Counted from the stretch's first letter, positions 1 to 10,036 are shown. The stretch is 58,523 bases of DNA from Sedimentisphaerales bacterium (GCA_016930295.1 JAFGHE010000043.1:1-58523), one strand, 5' to 3'. The notes: generated by a model from the letters alone, not told the origin. Made by a program: numbers and translations.

Positions 1-95
1 CAGAACAAAAACGAAAGCGAATTTCCAATTAAACCCTCTTTTGGGCATAGACATAACCTTTCAACCGTTTTGTAAGTATTCCTGTGCCGCTAATT

Positions 96-1775
96 TTAGA
101 AGTGCCTGACAAAATCGACGATCAGCTTTTTGGTCGTCTGCCAGAAAATCCATAGATCCAGCTTGAATGTCAGTTCCCTAACATATTTAACGTCATAATG
201 AATCCATTCCTGGAAATCCTGCCCCTGCTGCCGGGTACGGCAGATCTGCCAGAGCCCCGTGATTCCCGGACGAACGGACAATCTGGCATCCCGCCAGGGA
301 GGACACAATGAATTTTCCGATACCGGTGAGGGTCTGGGTCCGATCAAACTCATCTGGCCCAGCAAGACATTGAAGAATTGAGGTATCTCGTCAAGACAGG
401 TATCACGCATAAATTTACCCACGGTAGTAATACGGGGGTCATCTTCTATTTTGAACTGAGGACCATCCACCTGGCTTATTGCCCTCAGCTTACTCTGTAT
501 TCTGTCAGTACCCGTCATCATGGTCCTGAATTTCAGGCAACTGAATTCCTTGCCATGTAATCCCTGTCGTTTATCCTTGAAAAAAACAGGTCCCGGAGAA
601 GAAAGTTTTACCGCCAACATAAGAATCGGAAGAACAGGAGCAAAAAGCACCACTAATACCAATGCCGCTATAATATCGAAAAATCGCTTGAAGCACCCCG
701 CATAAGAAAATCGCGGCCAGGTACGGAAAACAGTAAATCTATTTTTTTGTCTAAAAGCCTGGGAGGTGATACAGTATCGTCGTAAAACACTTCCCTTCTG
801 CTCCCTGAAATGTTCGCCATTTAATTGGGTATCATCTGTAACAACCCGGTTCCTTATATAGTATTTTTCAGGGACCGTGATATGGGGGCCTATTACGGAT
901 GATTTAACGGTCACTTCGTTTGAAATCTCAACATTGTCACCGATAATGGCCGGACCAACGATTATGACATCCTGACGTATACGGACATTATGACCTAAAA
1001 ATACTTTACCAAAAAAGCGGGCATTTTTGTCAACAAGAATATTATTAGAGCCGAGCAAGCGCATATATTTTTGATGATTACCGGGCCAGATACTATTAAG
1101 ATAAAAATCGATCAAGGCAAGAAAGTCATCCTCTGCCTCCAGGTCCAGCGCCTTACCGGCAATGCTTATGCTGCGCAGAGTCAATGATTTTTTAATACCT
1201 CCGGACAATATCTCTTGAAAATTCAAGGGAAGCATACCATCCACCAGCAGTTCCTTGAGAATATCAATATTAACAAAAAGATGTTGGGGCCAACTATCGG
1301 GAACGGGAAGTTCTTGTGCCGTATCAGAGTACAAGCGACTGAAACCGGCTATATGCTTCTGAGAGGTAATGCGTATTTTTTCTCTGAATGCCGTCAATCC
1401 TGAATCCACATTGACAGATATAACATCAGCATTCAAGTCCGTTAAAATTCCAAAAAGCCATTCGTGATCAATATCAGTGATAAACCGGCCATTGGATATA
1501 ATAAACCATTGATTTCGTTTAGTATTATTTACTCTGTCAAGCTCGACGGCGATATCTTGCTTATAAAAGTTGATACTGGTTTCGGGCAGAGATGTTTCAA
1601 TCTGCCATTCCTTTGGGATTGCTATGAGGGGGGCCTGACTGAAATGATTAAAGGAATTAACACGCGTCAATCCATCCAACAGAAGAGTCGCCAGGGACTC
1701 ACTTGAAAGAACCGAATGAAGAATACCACTACGGCCTGGTGCGAAATTTTCCCTATGAATAACAATAAGCTGCAT
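96..1775 (-). CDS. Initiating polyprenyl-phosphate sugar phosphotransferase (bacterial sugar transferase, WbaP/EpsB type) with an N-terminal degenerate nucleotidyltransferase-like + hexapeptide-repeat module
   Basis: The C-terminal ~200 aa has one TM ('FFDIIAALVLVVLFAPVLPILMLAV') and family blocks 'SPGPVFFKDKRQGLHGKEFSCLKFRTM', 'DEIPQFFNVLLGQMSLIGPRP' and 'RPGITGLWQ'. The N-terminal ~350 aa is NTase-like but lacks the GGxGTRL loop. It is followed by hexapeptide repeats 'VRIRQDVIIVGPAIIGDNVEISNEVTVKSSVIG'. Confidence 0.85.
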   Translation of the reverse strand: MQLIVIHRENFAPGRSGILHSVLSSESLATLLLDGLTRVNSFNHFSQAPLIAIPKEWQIETSLPETSINFYKQDIAVELDRVNNTKRNQWFIISNGRFITDIDHEWLFGILTDLNADVISVNVDSGLTAFREKIRITSQKHIAGFSRLYSDTAQELPVPDSWPQHLFVNIDILKELLVDGMLPLNFQEILSGGIKKSLTLRSISIAGKALDLEAEDDFLALIDFYLNSIWPGNHQKYMRLLGSNNILVDKNARFFGKVFLGHNVRIRQDVIIVGPAIIGDNVEISNEVTVKSSVIGPHITVPEKYYIRNRVVTDDTQLNGEHFREQKGSVLRRYCITSQAFRQKNRFTVFRTWPRFSYAGCFKRFFDIIAALVLVVLFAPVLPILMLAVKLSSPGPVFFKDKRQGLHGKEFSCLKFRTMMTGTDRIQSKLRAISQVDGPQFKIEDDPRITTVGKFMRDTCLDEIPQFFNVLLGQMSLIGPRPSPVSENSLCPPWRDARLSVRPGITGLWQICRTRQQGQDFQEWIHYDVKYVRELTFKLDLWIFWQTTKKLIVDFVRHF

Positions 1776-1795
1776 ATTTTTTAATTTGATTCCGG

Positions 1796-4066
1796 TTACG
1801 AAGTAATTTCCTCTGTATTCTCATTCTTTGACTGGAGTGACGGCAATAATGCCTTATATGTCCTTCTTTTACCATTGCGTCTGGATTTGCCGGCCGTTTC
1901 GTAGTAATCATAACCGTAACGATTGTAGCTGTGCCGGGCCGATACATTACTCAACACGTTGCCCAGAATCCTGATATTTAACTGTCCCAGACGATCCAGG
2001 GTTTCCTTCAGATCCGAACCGATGGATTGACCGGCCAGGCTGCTCAGAATCACGGCATCGGCCATTTTGGCCCACAATAAGGCATCCGGAACAGCCAGTA
2101 CCGGCGGAGTATCAATAATGACATTGTCATAATTACGGCTCATTTCAGTAATAATATTTAATGATTCAGGATTCGACAAATGTTCAATCGCTGCGGTATT
2201 TTTTCTTCCATCAGAGGTCAACACGTCCAAGCCGGTTAATCCTAAAGAATGAATAACGTCTTCTATTCGTTTACTCCCTGACAACACCTCAGATAAACCC
2301 AACGAATTCACAGGAAGGTTCAGCAGACGAGCGATATCGGGTTTCCGTAAATCACCGTCGATCAACAGAACCTTATTGCCTGCCTGGGCCAGACTCGAAG
2401 CCAGATTGATTGCCAGAGTGGTTTTTCCTTCTGCCATCCTGGGGCTGGTAACCACAAGAATCCTGGGCATTTTGCCATCGTTTAACAATCTCAGGTTGGC
2501 TCGAATTGTTTGATAGTCATGAGCAATATGTTCTAATACATCCGCTTTGTCTATGTGTTCCAGCCTGGTCGAGGTTCCAATGACGGGTACGCCAATACTC
2601 CGGATAACGTCATCCGGAGTATACATACTTTTATCGGCTTTATCTCTTAGAAATGCCAATAACATACCAAATGCCAGTGACCCAAAGGTTGCAGCCGCAA
2701 TCAGTTTTTTTCGTTTGCTGGGGGCTGGCGCCACTGAAGCCGGGTAGGTTGTGATTCGGGGATCTCTGTTCTGTTCCATTTCCAGCATCTGAATACGCCG
2801 CCTGATATTATCATAGGTTTCTTTAATGATAGCCAGTTGCTCCTGTTCCTCTCCGATGTCCAGGTGTTTACGACCGATACCTATGGTCTTACTATTCTCC
2901 TCATCTAATTTTTCTCTTATGATATCTTCGCGTGTTATTAAACTCTCCAGTTCCGCTTTGGCAGTGGCAAGTTCGATGGTTTTGTTTTCAGAGGCCTGCT
3001 GAGCGACATCTTCTTTAAAAGTTTTTTCAAGATATTCGCGGCGTTTTTCAAGTTCCGTTCTGAATTGTTCCAGAAGTTCGGCTTTTACCTTCAGTTCAGG
3101 ATTACCTTCTGCCAGGGTTTGTTTGGCGCTAATAAGATCCTCCTGTATCTGTGCGATGCGCTGTGTCAGGGATTGTATCAAAGGATCGTTTTGAATAAGC
3201 ATCTGATGTCTCTCCAGTAAATCCCCGGGGACAACGGGGCGATCCATGGTTTTTTCGAGAAATGCTATTCTGGCCTCCAGGGTAAGCTTGGAAGCTTCCA
3301 GTTGCGTTAGCTGATCTTGTAAGAAAGCAACGCTGCGCAGCATCATCTCTTCGCGCGGCGTCAATTCAGTGCTGCCGAATTCCTCCGCCATCTGTCGTAT
3401 CTTATCTCTCTGGCGTGCCATTTTGTCGGCATACTGTCTGCGTTCATCTTCTAATAATTGCAGTTTTCGATCACGCCCCTGGGTTATTTTGTTACCTTCA
3501 ATTGCCATGAACGCTGAAAGAAACGCATTGGCAATCAATTCAGCTTCTTTGCCGGATTCACTTTGAACAGAAACCTCAATCAATTCACTACGACTTTGCG
3601 GAGCAATCCTGATAACATTACTATCAATTGCCCGTCTTAGTATTTCTATCGGTCTCAAAGGCTTTTGAGAAATAATATCTTTTTTGTTGAAGAAATTCAG
3701 TTCTTCAACCGCCAGGGAATCAACCACTTTCTCGAGCACCTGATCTCTCGTGAGAAGAACCGCTTGATCGGCCAAATTATTCCGGACAGCCAGTTCACCT
3801 GTTTCAGCATCGCTAAAAAGAACGGGGGAGACCGCCGATGCTATCTGAATTATTGCCGTCGCCGTATATTGGGGTTTAATTGCATACCACACGACTGGTA
3901 TGACTCCCCCACACATCACCACAAAGGTTATCAGCACAATATACCAGCGACGTAATATACCCTGAATCAAATCAGGTGAGGATGGATCTGATTGCCCCGG
4001 GAATTCTTCATAAGGGACATAATGATTCTGTAATGGCTGGGGCCGGTGTTCTACTAGATCGTCCAT
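1796..4066 (-). CDS. Polysaccharide co-polymerase (Wzz-type chain-length determinant) fused to a BY tyrosine autokinase (Wzc/GumC-EpsG-like)
   Basis: An N-terminal TM, a long coiled-coil periplasmic region and a second TM precede the kinase. Kinase motifs are Walker A 'SPRMAEGKTT', Walker A' 'LLIDGDLRKP', Walker B 'VIIDTPPVLAVPDA' and a C-terminal Tyr cluster 'YNRYGYDYYE'. A GGAG sits 10 nt upstream of the ATG. Confidence 0.9.
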   Translation of the reverse strand: MDDLVEHRPQPLQNHYVPYEEFPGQSDPSSPDLIQGILRRWYIVLITFVVMCGGVIPVVWYAIKPQYTATAIIQIASAVSPVLFSDAETGELAVRNNLADQAVLLTRDQVLEKVVDSLAVEELNFFNKKDIISQKPLRPIEILRRAIDSNVIRIAPQSRSELIEVSVQSESGKEAELIANAFLSAFMAIEGNKITQGRDRKLQLLEDERRQYADKMARQRDKIRQMAEEFGSTELTPREEMMLRSVAFLQDQLTQLEASKLTLEARIAFLEKTMDRPVVPGDLLERHQMLIQNDPLIQSLTQRIAQIQEDLISAKQTLAEGNPELKVKAELLEQFRTELEKRREYLEKTFKEDVAQQASENKTIELATAKAELESLITREDIIREKLDEENSKTIGIGRKHLDIGEEQEQLAIIKETYDNIRRRIQMLEMEQNRDPRITTYPASVAPAPSKRKKLIAAATFGSLAFGMLLAFLRDKADKSMYTPDDVIRSIGVPVIGTSTRLEHIDKADVLEHIAHDYQTIRANLRLLNDGKMPRILVVTSPRMAEGKTTLAINLASSLAQAGNKVLLIDGDLRKPDIARLLNLPVNSLGLSEVLSGSKRIEDVIHSLGLTGLDVLTSDGRKNTAAIEHLSNPESLNIITEMSRNYDNVIIDTPPVLAVPDALLWAKMADAVILSSLAGQSIGSDLKETLDRLGQLNIRILGNVLSNVSARHSYNRYGYDYYETAGKSRRNGKRRTYKALLPSLQSKNENTEEITS

Positions 4067-4104
4067 TTGATTTAATCTCCAACTTTACTGATACGATAAT
4101 CATA

Positions 4105-6099
4105 TCATTGTCTGGAACGAATGACCAGTACGTCTTCTTTATGATGATCTACCGGAACAGTAATTATTCTCGTCAATACCCATAATTCAAAAACAACAAT
4201 CGCCAGTGCCAAAGGCATCATGGCATATCCACCAAAATCATGAAACAGCTTTTCCCAGAATTCACCTTGAAGTATGGTAAAGGCGATGGATGTAAGGGTT
4301 AATCTTATCGTGTTGCAGAGCAGAGCAATCGGCAACGTAGAAAGTAAAACTATCAATTTCTCCCACCACTCCCGTTTCACCAGAAAAACCACAAAACCGC
4401 TGATTACGAAAAAAGAGGTTACCATTCTCAATCCGTTACAGGCCTCGGCGACGGCGACGCTTGTCTGGCCCAAATGGATAATATTGCCTTCTGTAGTCAC
4501 TTCATAGGCTAACATTTCCAGAGAGAATACTGCCGATGAGGTAGCCAGGCTCTGCAAGGGCAGCGTTATTCTGGCTTCAAACGACTTGGGTAAAGGAAGC
4601 ATCAGGAGTAGAAATAACAGTATAGTCAATGATTTACGAAAAACCTCCCTGCCAAACAACAGGAAAACCAGGGCAGCTATACTGACAACCAGGGAAAACC
4701 GTTCGGCCGATCCATACATAAAAAATAATCCAAAAAATCTTAATCCCTGCGCTGCCAGAAACACGGGTATTCCCCATAGCGAAGGCTGGATTCGACATCG
4801 CCTGATTTGCTTCCGTCGTGACCAGGCAATGTAAATAGCCATGAAAGGGACAAGCAGCCCGCAGGAATACTCATCACTTCTCGCCCATATCTGCCAGAGT
4901 TCGGCAATAGTACGCCAGTATGACCAGATAAAAGCAACCATAACTGCGCATACCCCAAGCCAGGGAAAATTGTTTTTTTCAGGGTACTCTCCCGGCTGTA
5001 TCCAACCAGGAATACTCTGATTCCGATTATTCTTCCGCAGTTGTATGAATGATTTGATCTGTTGAATTATCTTACGAATAAATTCGATGATTTTGGTAGT
5101 TATGCCTGGTGATATCGCGTTTCCTTTGACATGGACAAGCTCGTTTTCCAAAACCGACCTGTCACGTAGAATTGTATGATAATCCAGCAGGCATTTCTGA
5201 ACTTCACAATTCGCACCAACACGTGCATTATCCCAGAGAATACTTTCAGATATCATAGCCCCCCGGCCAATAGAAACATTACGGCCGAGGATTGTCGGGC
5301 CTATAATCACAGCATTCTCCGCAATGACCGCCCTATCCATGATGATTACCGGACCATAAATCCGTACGGTTTCATCAATGTCAGCCTCAGGACTGATCCA
5401 GCTGTTTTTTCCGTCAGCGGATTTACGGACAGGCATATCAATCTCTGTTTTATCGGCACTTTCAAGCCAGGCAGAGACCGCACGCATATATCCATCCCAA
5501 TCGCGAAAACCTTCCACTGATCGAGCAAGTCTTGTCATCGAAACTATCCTGCCGGCTCGCAAAAGAGACGGTACCAGAGTTTCCTTTATATCACAGTATC
5601 CTGTTTCAGGAATGAATTCTAAAACTGACGATTCACACAGGTAAACTCCCGCCGCTTCGCTATCCATATCCTCGGCGTTAATTTCCGGATGTAAGACCAC
5701 TGTCATGTCTGCCTGAGCATATCGGTGCTCTTCCACTAATTTATCGATATTGGGCGGACATATCATGTTAGCATGAAGAACCAGGAGTAATGATCCATCA
5801 TCGCCCTGTATCACATGCCGGATACTTCCCGCCGTGCCCAACGGTAACTGTTCCTCGACGAATTGCAACTGCATCCCATCCGGTGTGCCGATACTATCAC
5901 GCAGTTGATCCATTTCACCATACAAACAACAAATAATCGCCTGCGTCATTCCCTGGTGGGACAACCTACGCAGCAGACGTTCCAGTACGGACTCGTTTTC
6001 AATCGGCCACCGTGCCGGAGGACGCTCTGCTGCCAGAGGACATCGGCCAAATTCCCGATTACCGGCAAGTATTATCACTTTGACTTTATCTTTGCTCAT
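4105..6099 (-). CDS. Exosortase (EpsH/Xrt family) fused to an N-terminal nucleotidyltransferase + left-handed beta-helix domain
   Basis: aa ~375-664 form a multi-TM exosortase core with 'DEYSCGLLVP' entry, 'AEACNGLRM' (Cys), 'CNTIRL' (Arg) and 'HDFGGY' (His). aa 1-~330 have an NTP-transferase fold ('KVIILAGNREFGRCPL', 'LPLGTAGSIRHV') followed by hexapeptide repeats ('IYGPVIIMDRAVIAENAVIIGPTILGRNVSIGRGAMISESILWDNARVGANCEV'). It is one uninterrupted ORF. Confidence 0.8.
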   Translation of the reverse strand: MSKDKVKVIILAGNREFGRCPLAAERPPARWPIENESVLERLLRRLSHQGMTQAIICCLYGEMDQLRDSIGTPDGMQLQFVEEQLPLGTAGSIRHVIQGDDGSLLLVLHANMICPPNIDKLVEEHRYAQADMTVVLHPEINAEDMDSEAAGVYLCESSVLEFIPETGYCDIKETLVPSLLRAGRIVSMTRLARSVEGFRDWDGYMRAVSAWLESADKTEIDMPVRKSADGKNSWISPEADIDETVRIYGPVIIMDRAVIAENAVIIGPTILGRNVSIGRGAMISESILWDNARVGANCEVQKCLLDYHTILRDRSVLENELVHVKGNAISPGITTKIIEFIRKIIQQIKSFIQLRKNNRNQSIPGWIQPGEYPEKNNFPWLGVCAVMVAFIWSYWRTIAELWQIWARSDEYSCGLLVPFMAIYIAWSRRKQIRRCRIQPSLWGIPVFLAAQGLRFFGLFFMYGSAERFSLVVSIAALVFLLFGREVFRKSLTILLFLLLMLPLPKSFEARITLPLQSLATSSAVFSLEMLAYEVTTEGNIIHLGQTSVAVAEACNGLRMVTSFFVISGFVVFLVKREWWEKLIVLLSTLPIALLCNTIRLTLTSIAFTILQGEFWEKLFHDFGGYAMMPLALAIVVFELWVLTRIITVPVDHHKEDVLVIRSRQ

Positions 6100-6207
6100 G
6101 ATTTTTGCGGTACTCGATCAAGGCCCTATATCATAGAAGATTAAAATTACATAAGGTATAGATGTTTTTATGGTTTGTACTCCTGGGGATCAAATAATCA
6201 TCAACCA

Positions 6208-7197
6208 TCAATAACTAATTTCATCCACCGGCTCCACCAGAAGGGGCGGAGCATGCAAATATTTTGTAGTATTTCGTTTATTATCAATATCATGGAATAC
6301 CCGTTCCACCTGATCCGCCGTCAGGTCCGCGGCGGCAGCGATCTCACTTATGGAAATTCCATTATTCTTGCCATACAGACAAAGGTCCATTTTATCATAG
6401 GGCACTGAGAAATAAAATTCCGTCTGACTTTGGGGCATGGAATAGGTATCGGTTGTAGGAGGACGGTTACATATTTCCTCAGGAACACCCAGATACTCCG
6501 CAATCTGATAAACCTGAGTCTTGTATAAATGGGCAACAGGTTTTATATCCGCTGCTCCATCACCCAGTTTGACAAAAAAGCCCTGATCATATTCCTGGCG
6601 GTTCGGCGTGCCGGTCACGGCATAATTTAGACAATCAGCATGATAATATTCCAGCATTTTTCTCACCCGCTGCTTAAAGTTTGTAGCGGCTACAATACCC
6701 AGATACGCGCTGGGTGTCAGTCGGGCTTTGGTAATCCTGCCGTCTGGAGCCTGCACGATGACCGAGAAAATCCTGTAAGTATCCTCATCCATGACGCCGG
6801 GCAAGACAATCTTGGATTTATAGGCCGAGGTATATTCAGGAACAACGCTGCGAATAGCCTCATCCCGGCGCCGATAGCAGCCTACCGCCTCGAGAATTTC
6901 CGAGATATCCTCATGAACTACTGATATCCCCAATGTATCGGCAAGATGACGGCTAATGCGCAGAGTGTCTGAGGAAGAATCTTTTTCCGGCATCAAAAGC
7001 CCAAAGACTTTATCCTTGCCTAAAGCATGTACACTTAAGGCTGCCACCGCGCTGCTATCGATACCACCCGACATGGCGACTACCACGCCCCGTTTCTTAA
7101 ACTGTATGAGCGAATCACGCATCACTTTTGATATTTTTTCAACTTCCTGAGCATAATCCAGCTTTAGCGTATCCAGCGAAAAAGTCTGACTTGCCAT
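6208..7197 (-). CDS. NAD+ synthetase-like PP-loop ATP pyrophosphatase (NadE-family paralogue 1), probable amidoligase in EPS tailoring
   Basis: It has the PP-loop 'VVAMSGGIDSSAVAAL' and a NadE-like block 'VTGTPNRQEYDQGFFVKLGDGAADIKPVAHLYKTQVY'. An SD-like GGAAGGA lies upstream of the ATG. Confidence 0.75.
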   Translation of the reverse strand: MASQTFSLDTLKLDYAQEVEKISKVMRDSLIQFKKRGVVVAMSGGIDSSAVAALSVHALGKDKVFGLLMPEKDSSSDTLRISRHLADTLGISVVHEDISEILEAVGCYRRRDEAIRSVVPEYTSAYKSKIVLPGVMDEDTYRIFSVIVQAPDGRITKARLTPSAYLGIVAATNFKQRVRKMLEYYHADCLNYAVTGTPNRQEYDQGFFVKLGDGAADIKPVAHLYKTQVYQIAEYLGVPEEICNRPPTTDTYSMPQSQTEFYFSVPYDKMDLCLYGKNNGISISEIAAAADLTADQVERVFHDIDNKRNTTKYLHAPPLLVEPVDEISY

Positions 7198-7231
7198 TGA
7201 TATTCCTTCCTGAAATTAACAAAAGTAAAAT

Positions 7232-8776
7232 CTAATTGTACACATTTTCTTCTTTAAGTTGAGTTTTCATGATTTTTCCGGCCTCATTTTTTGGCAGTGA
7301 ATCCCGGAAAACTATATATTTTGGGGTTTTATATTGAGGTAACAATGTTTTCAATGCCTTTTTAACTTCATCTTCAGTTAGTTGAACTCCGTCACGGAGA
7401 ACAATAAAAGCCTTAATGGCTTCACCGAGTACCTGATCAACCACACCTACTACTGCAACTTCGTGTACTGCGTTAATGCTTAAAATAGCTTCTTCCACTT
7501 CCCTGGCACTGACGCGAAAACCACCGGCTTTGATAATATCCTTGGAACGGCCTATCACAAAGATATAACCATCTTCATCGGCCTGCCCTAAATCGCCGGT
7601 GAAATACAGGTTATTTTTCAATACCTGTGCCGTCCCGGCAGGATCGTTCCAATATCCTAACATGATATTTGAACCCCGGGCCACAATTTCACCTTTCTTA
7701 TGGGGCGGCAGTTTATTCCCATCGCTATCAGCAACAAACAAATCCACGTTGGGAATCGCCCTGCCGATAGAGCCCCATTTCTGGCTGAGCATCTCCGGTT
7801 CTATGTAAGACAGCCTTGGTGATGCCTCAGTGGCACCGTACATTATATATAGTTTTGCCGGGGAGAAAACTTCTGCCACTTCCTTCTGGATCGTCGGCGC
7901 CATAGAACCACCGGCCTGGGTGACATAACGCAATGAATTAAACGTAAATTTACGCACCGCTGATTTATTTAACAATATTAAAAAGGTGGACGGCACACCG
8001 GCAAACCCCGTAACCCCGGTTTCCTGCATAGTCTGCAATATTACCTGAGGGAAAGTAAAACGGTTATCCAACACGACAGAGCCACCTACACAAAAATGCG
8101 TGTTAAGCAGTGATTTGCCATAAATATAGTAAAATGGCAAAACAACCATAATACGATCGTCTGACGTTAATTCCAGGTACTGCACTATCGACTTCGTATT
8201 GCTGACCATATTGAGATGCGACAGGGTTACGCCCTTGGGCTTACCGGTACTGCCGGACGTATAAACAATCGAGGCCACATCTATATCAATACATCTTACA
8301 TCCGGATGACAATCCCGGCCCTGCTCATAAATCTCAGGCAGGCTAACAGAGTGACAATGCCCAATCTCCTTATAGTCATCCAGATTTTCCTGGTCAATAA
8401 TGACATACTTCAAAGCCGGTGTCATCCTCAGGGCCGGTATCAGAAATCTCGAATATTTTTCTGTGGTTATTATGGCCCGAGCCCCGGAATCATTAAAAAC
8501 ATAGGTTAACGACTCAATAGTGGTATCGGTGTTAAGCGACACGGTGATAGCACCCGCTTTAAGAGCCGCGTAATAGGATATAACATAGTCAAAGGAATTT
8601 TCGTACAGAATAGCAACTCTGTCACCTCGAGCAATACCAACGTCTTTTAAATAATTGGCCAACCTGTTGGAGCGCAGATCTATCTCGCCGTAAGTCATCC
8701 AGTTGTTTTTATACCACAGCGCCTGCTTGTCAGAATATTTCTGGGCTGAATTTTCCAGGAAATGATTAATCAGCAT
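7232..8776 (-). CDS. AMP-dependent synthetase/ligase (acyl-CoA/acyl-ACP ligase family)
   Basis: Adenylation motifs are present: 'VYTSGSTGKPKGVTLSH', 'YGATEA', 'YFTGDLGQADEDGYIFVIGRSKDIIKAGGFRVSAREVE' and a C-terminal 'GKIMK'. Confidence 0.9.
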   Translation of the reverse strand: MLINHFLENSAQKYSDKQALWYKNNWMTYGEIDLRSNRLANYLKDVGIARGDRVAILYENSFDYVISYYAALKAGAITVSLNTDTTIESLTYVFNDSGARAIITTEKYSRFLIPALRMTPALKYVIIDQENLDDYKEIGHCHSVSLPEIYEQGRDCHPDVRCIDIDVASIVYTSGSTGKPKGVTLSHLNMVSNTKSIVQYLELTSDDRIMVVLPFYYIYGKSLLNTHFCVGGSVVLDNRFTFPQVILQTMQETGVTGFAGVPSTFLILLNKSAVRKFTFNSLRYVTQAGGSMAPTIQKEVAEVFSPAKLYIMYGATEASPRLSYIEPEMLSQKWGSIGRAIPNVDLFVADSDGNKLPPHKKGEIVARGSNIMLGYWNDPAGTAQVLKNNLYFTGDLGQADEDGYIFVIGRSKDIIKAGGFRVSAREVEEAILSINAVHEVAVVGVVDQVLGEAIKAFIVLRDGVQLTEDEVKKALKTLLPQYKTPKYIVFRDSLPKNEAGKIMKTQLKEENVYN

Positions 8777-8802
8777 AATTGTTTACCATTTTTTAAAGTA
8801 TC

Positions 8803-9780
8803 TTAAGAAACATCTCCATCCAATGAGTAAGCCGGCACTCGCAAGTGGGCCGTGGCATGGTTCTTTGAAGCAAAGTCTTTAAACGCTCTTTTGACTGCTT
8901 CATCAGAGATATCCAGCACCTTTGAAGTCTGTTCTACCGGTACTTGATGTTCCCATGCATAAAGGAGAAAATCAAGCTTATCAAAAGGAATGCGGAAGAA
9001 GAATTCCTGGTCATTCACCGGAAGGCTGAAGGTGTCCGGGCTTGGCGCTCGATCAATAATCTCCGAAACCACAGCGAGATGGTCGGCAAGCTGATATATC
9101 TGGTTCTTATAAAGGTGTGCAAGTGCTTCTATGTCGGTACCACCATCACCATACTTGCAAAAATCACCCAGAATGAACTCAGTTCGATTGGTAGTGCCGG
9201 CAACAATCAGGTTGCGTCGTTCGGCTTCCGCGTATAAATGAATCATACGAGACCTGATCTTGATATTCGCAAAAGAAGTAATGGTTCGAAATTCTTCCAG
9301 GTTCAAGCGCTTCTTTTCCAGGGTGCCGTCAGGCAGCTTTACCTGGAGTACATAGAAATTAAAAGAAGCGCGATCAAGAAGGTCCGTGGGTAATGTTATA
9401 TTATATTTGCATCCAGGAGTGTAACCCGGGATCAATTTCCTGATAAATTCGTCACGCTGACTGTAGGAAGCTACACTATCCACGGTAGGGGTAATATCGA
9501 TTTCACGAAATTCTATCCCGAGTTCCTTCGCATGACTTACCGCATACTGACTGCTTACCGGATTCGATTCCCGCTCAGGCAGAATCAGGCCGACCACTTT
9601 ATCCTTCCCTACCGCCTCCACCGCAAGAGCACACATGACCGCAGAGTCAATGCCGCCACTCAGTCCGACCACTACCCCTTTCCTCCGGTAACCCTTTGCC
9701 ACCTGTTCAGTAACAAATTGGGTGACTCTTTTGGTTTCCTCAGCGCAATTAATCTTCAAGACATCGAGATTAAACTGCAT
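8803..9780 (-). CDS. NAD+ synthetase-like PP-loop ATP pyrophosphatase (NadE-family paralogue 2)
   Basis: It is a paralogue of 6208..7197, with 'VVGLSGGIDSAVMCAL' and 'AGTTNRTEFILGDFCKYGDGGTDIEALAHLYKNQIY'. I place the start at ATG 9780, which has GGGAGG 6 nt upstream, rather than the ORF-track start at 9807. Confidence 0.75.
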   Translation of the reverse strand: MQFNLDVLKINCAEETKRVTQFVTEQVAKGYRRKGVVVGLSGGIDSAVMCALAVEAVGKDKVVGLILPERESNPVSSQYAVSHAKELGIEFREIDITPTVDSVASYSQRDEFIRKLIPGYTPGCKYNITLPTDLLDRASFNFYVLQVKLPDGTLEKKRLNLEEFRTITSFANIKIRSRMIHLYAEAERRNLIVAGTTNRTEFILGDFCKYGDGGTDIEALAHLYKNQIYQLADHLAVVSEIIDRAPSPDTFSLPVNDQEFFFRIPFDKLDFLLYAWEHQVPVEQTSKVLDISDEAVKRAFKDFASKNHATAHLRVPAYSLDGDVS

Positions 9781-10036
9781 AACTGGCCTCCCTGTCAATA
9801 AAAACATGCTCCCTGATTCTGTATCGAAAGTGATATAAAATTAACTTTTCCCTGCCTTATTCTTTTTTTTCGATTTCGTCCAGGTATCCATGGATAAATA
9901 TACCCGCGTCTTATCAGGCCCACGACAACATAACCGGCCCATCATCTACCTTAAAGCGCATATCATTCGGTCCAACCAAACAGTTAATTGTGGCTACTTC
10001 ATACACAGTCTAACCTTAAAATGAGATAAGCAGATA

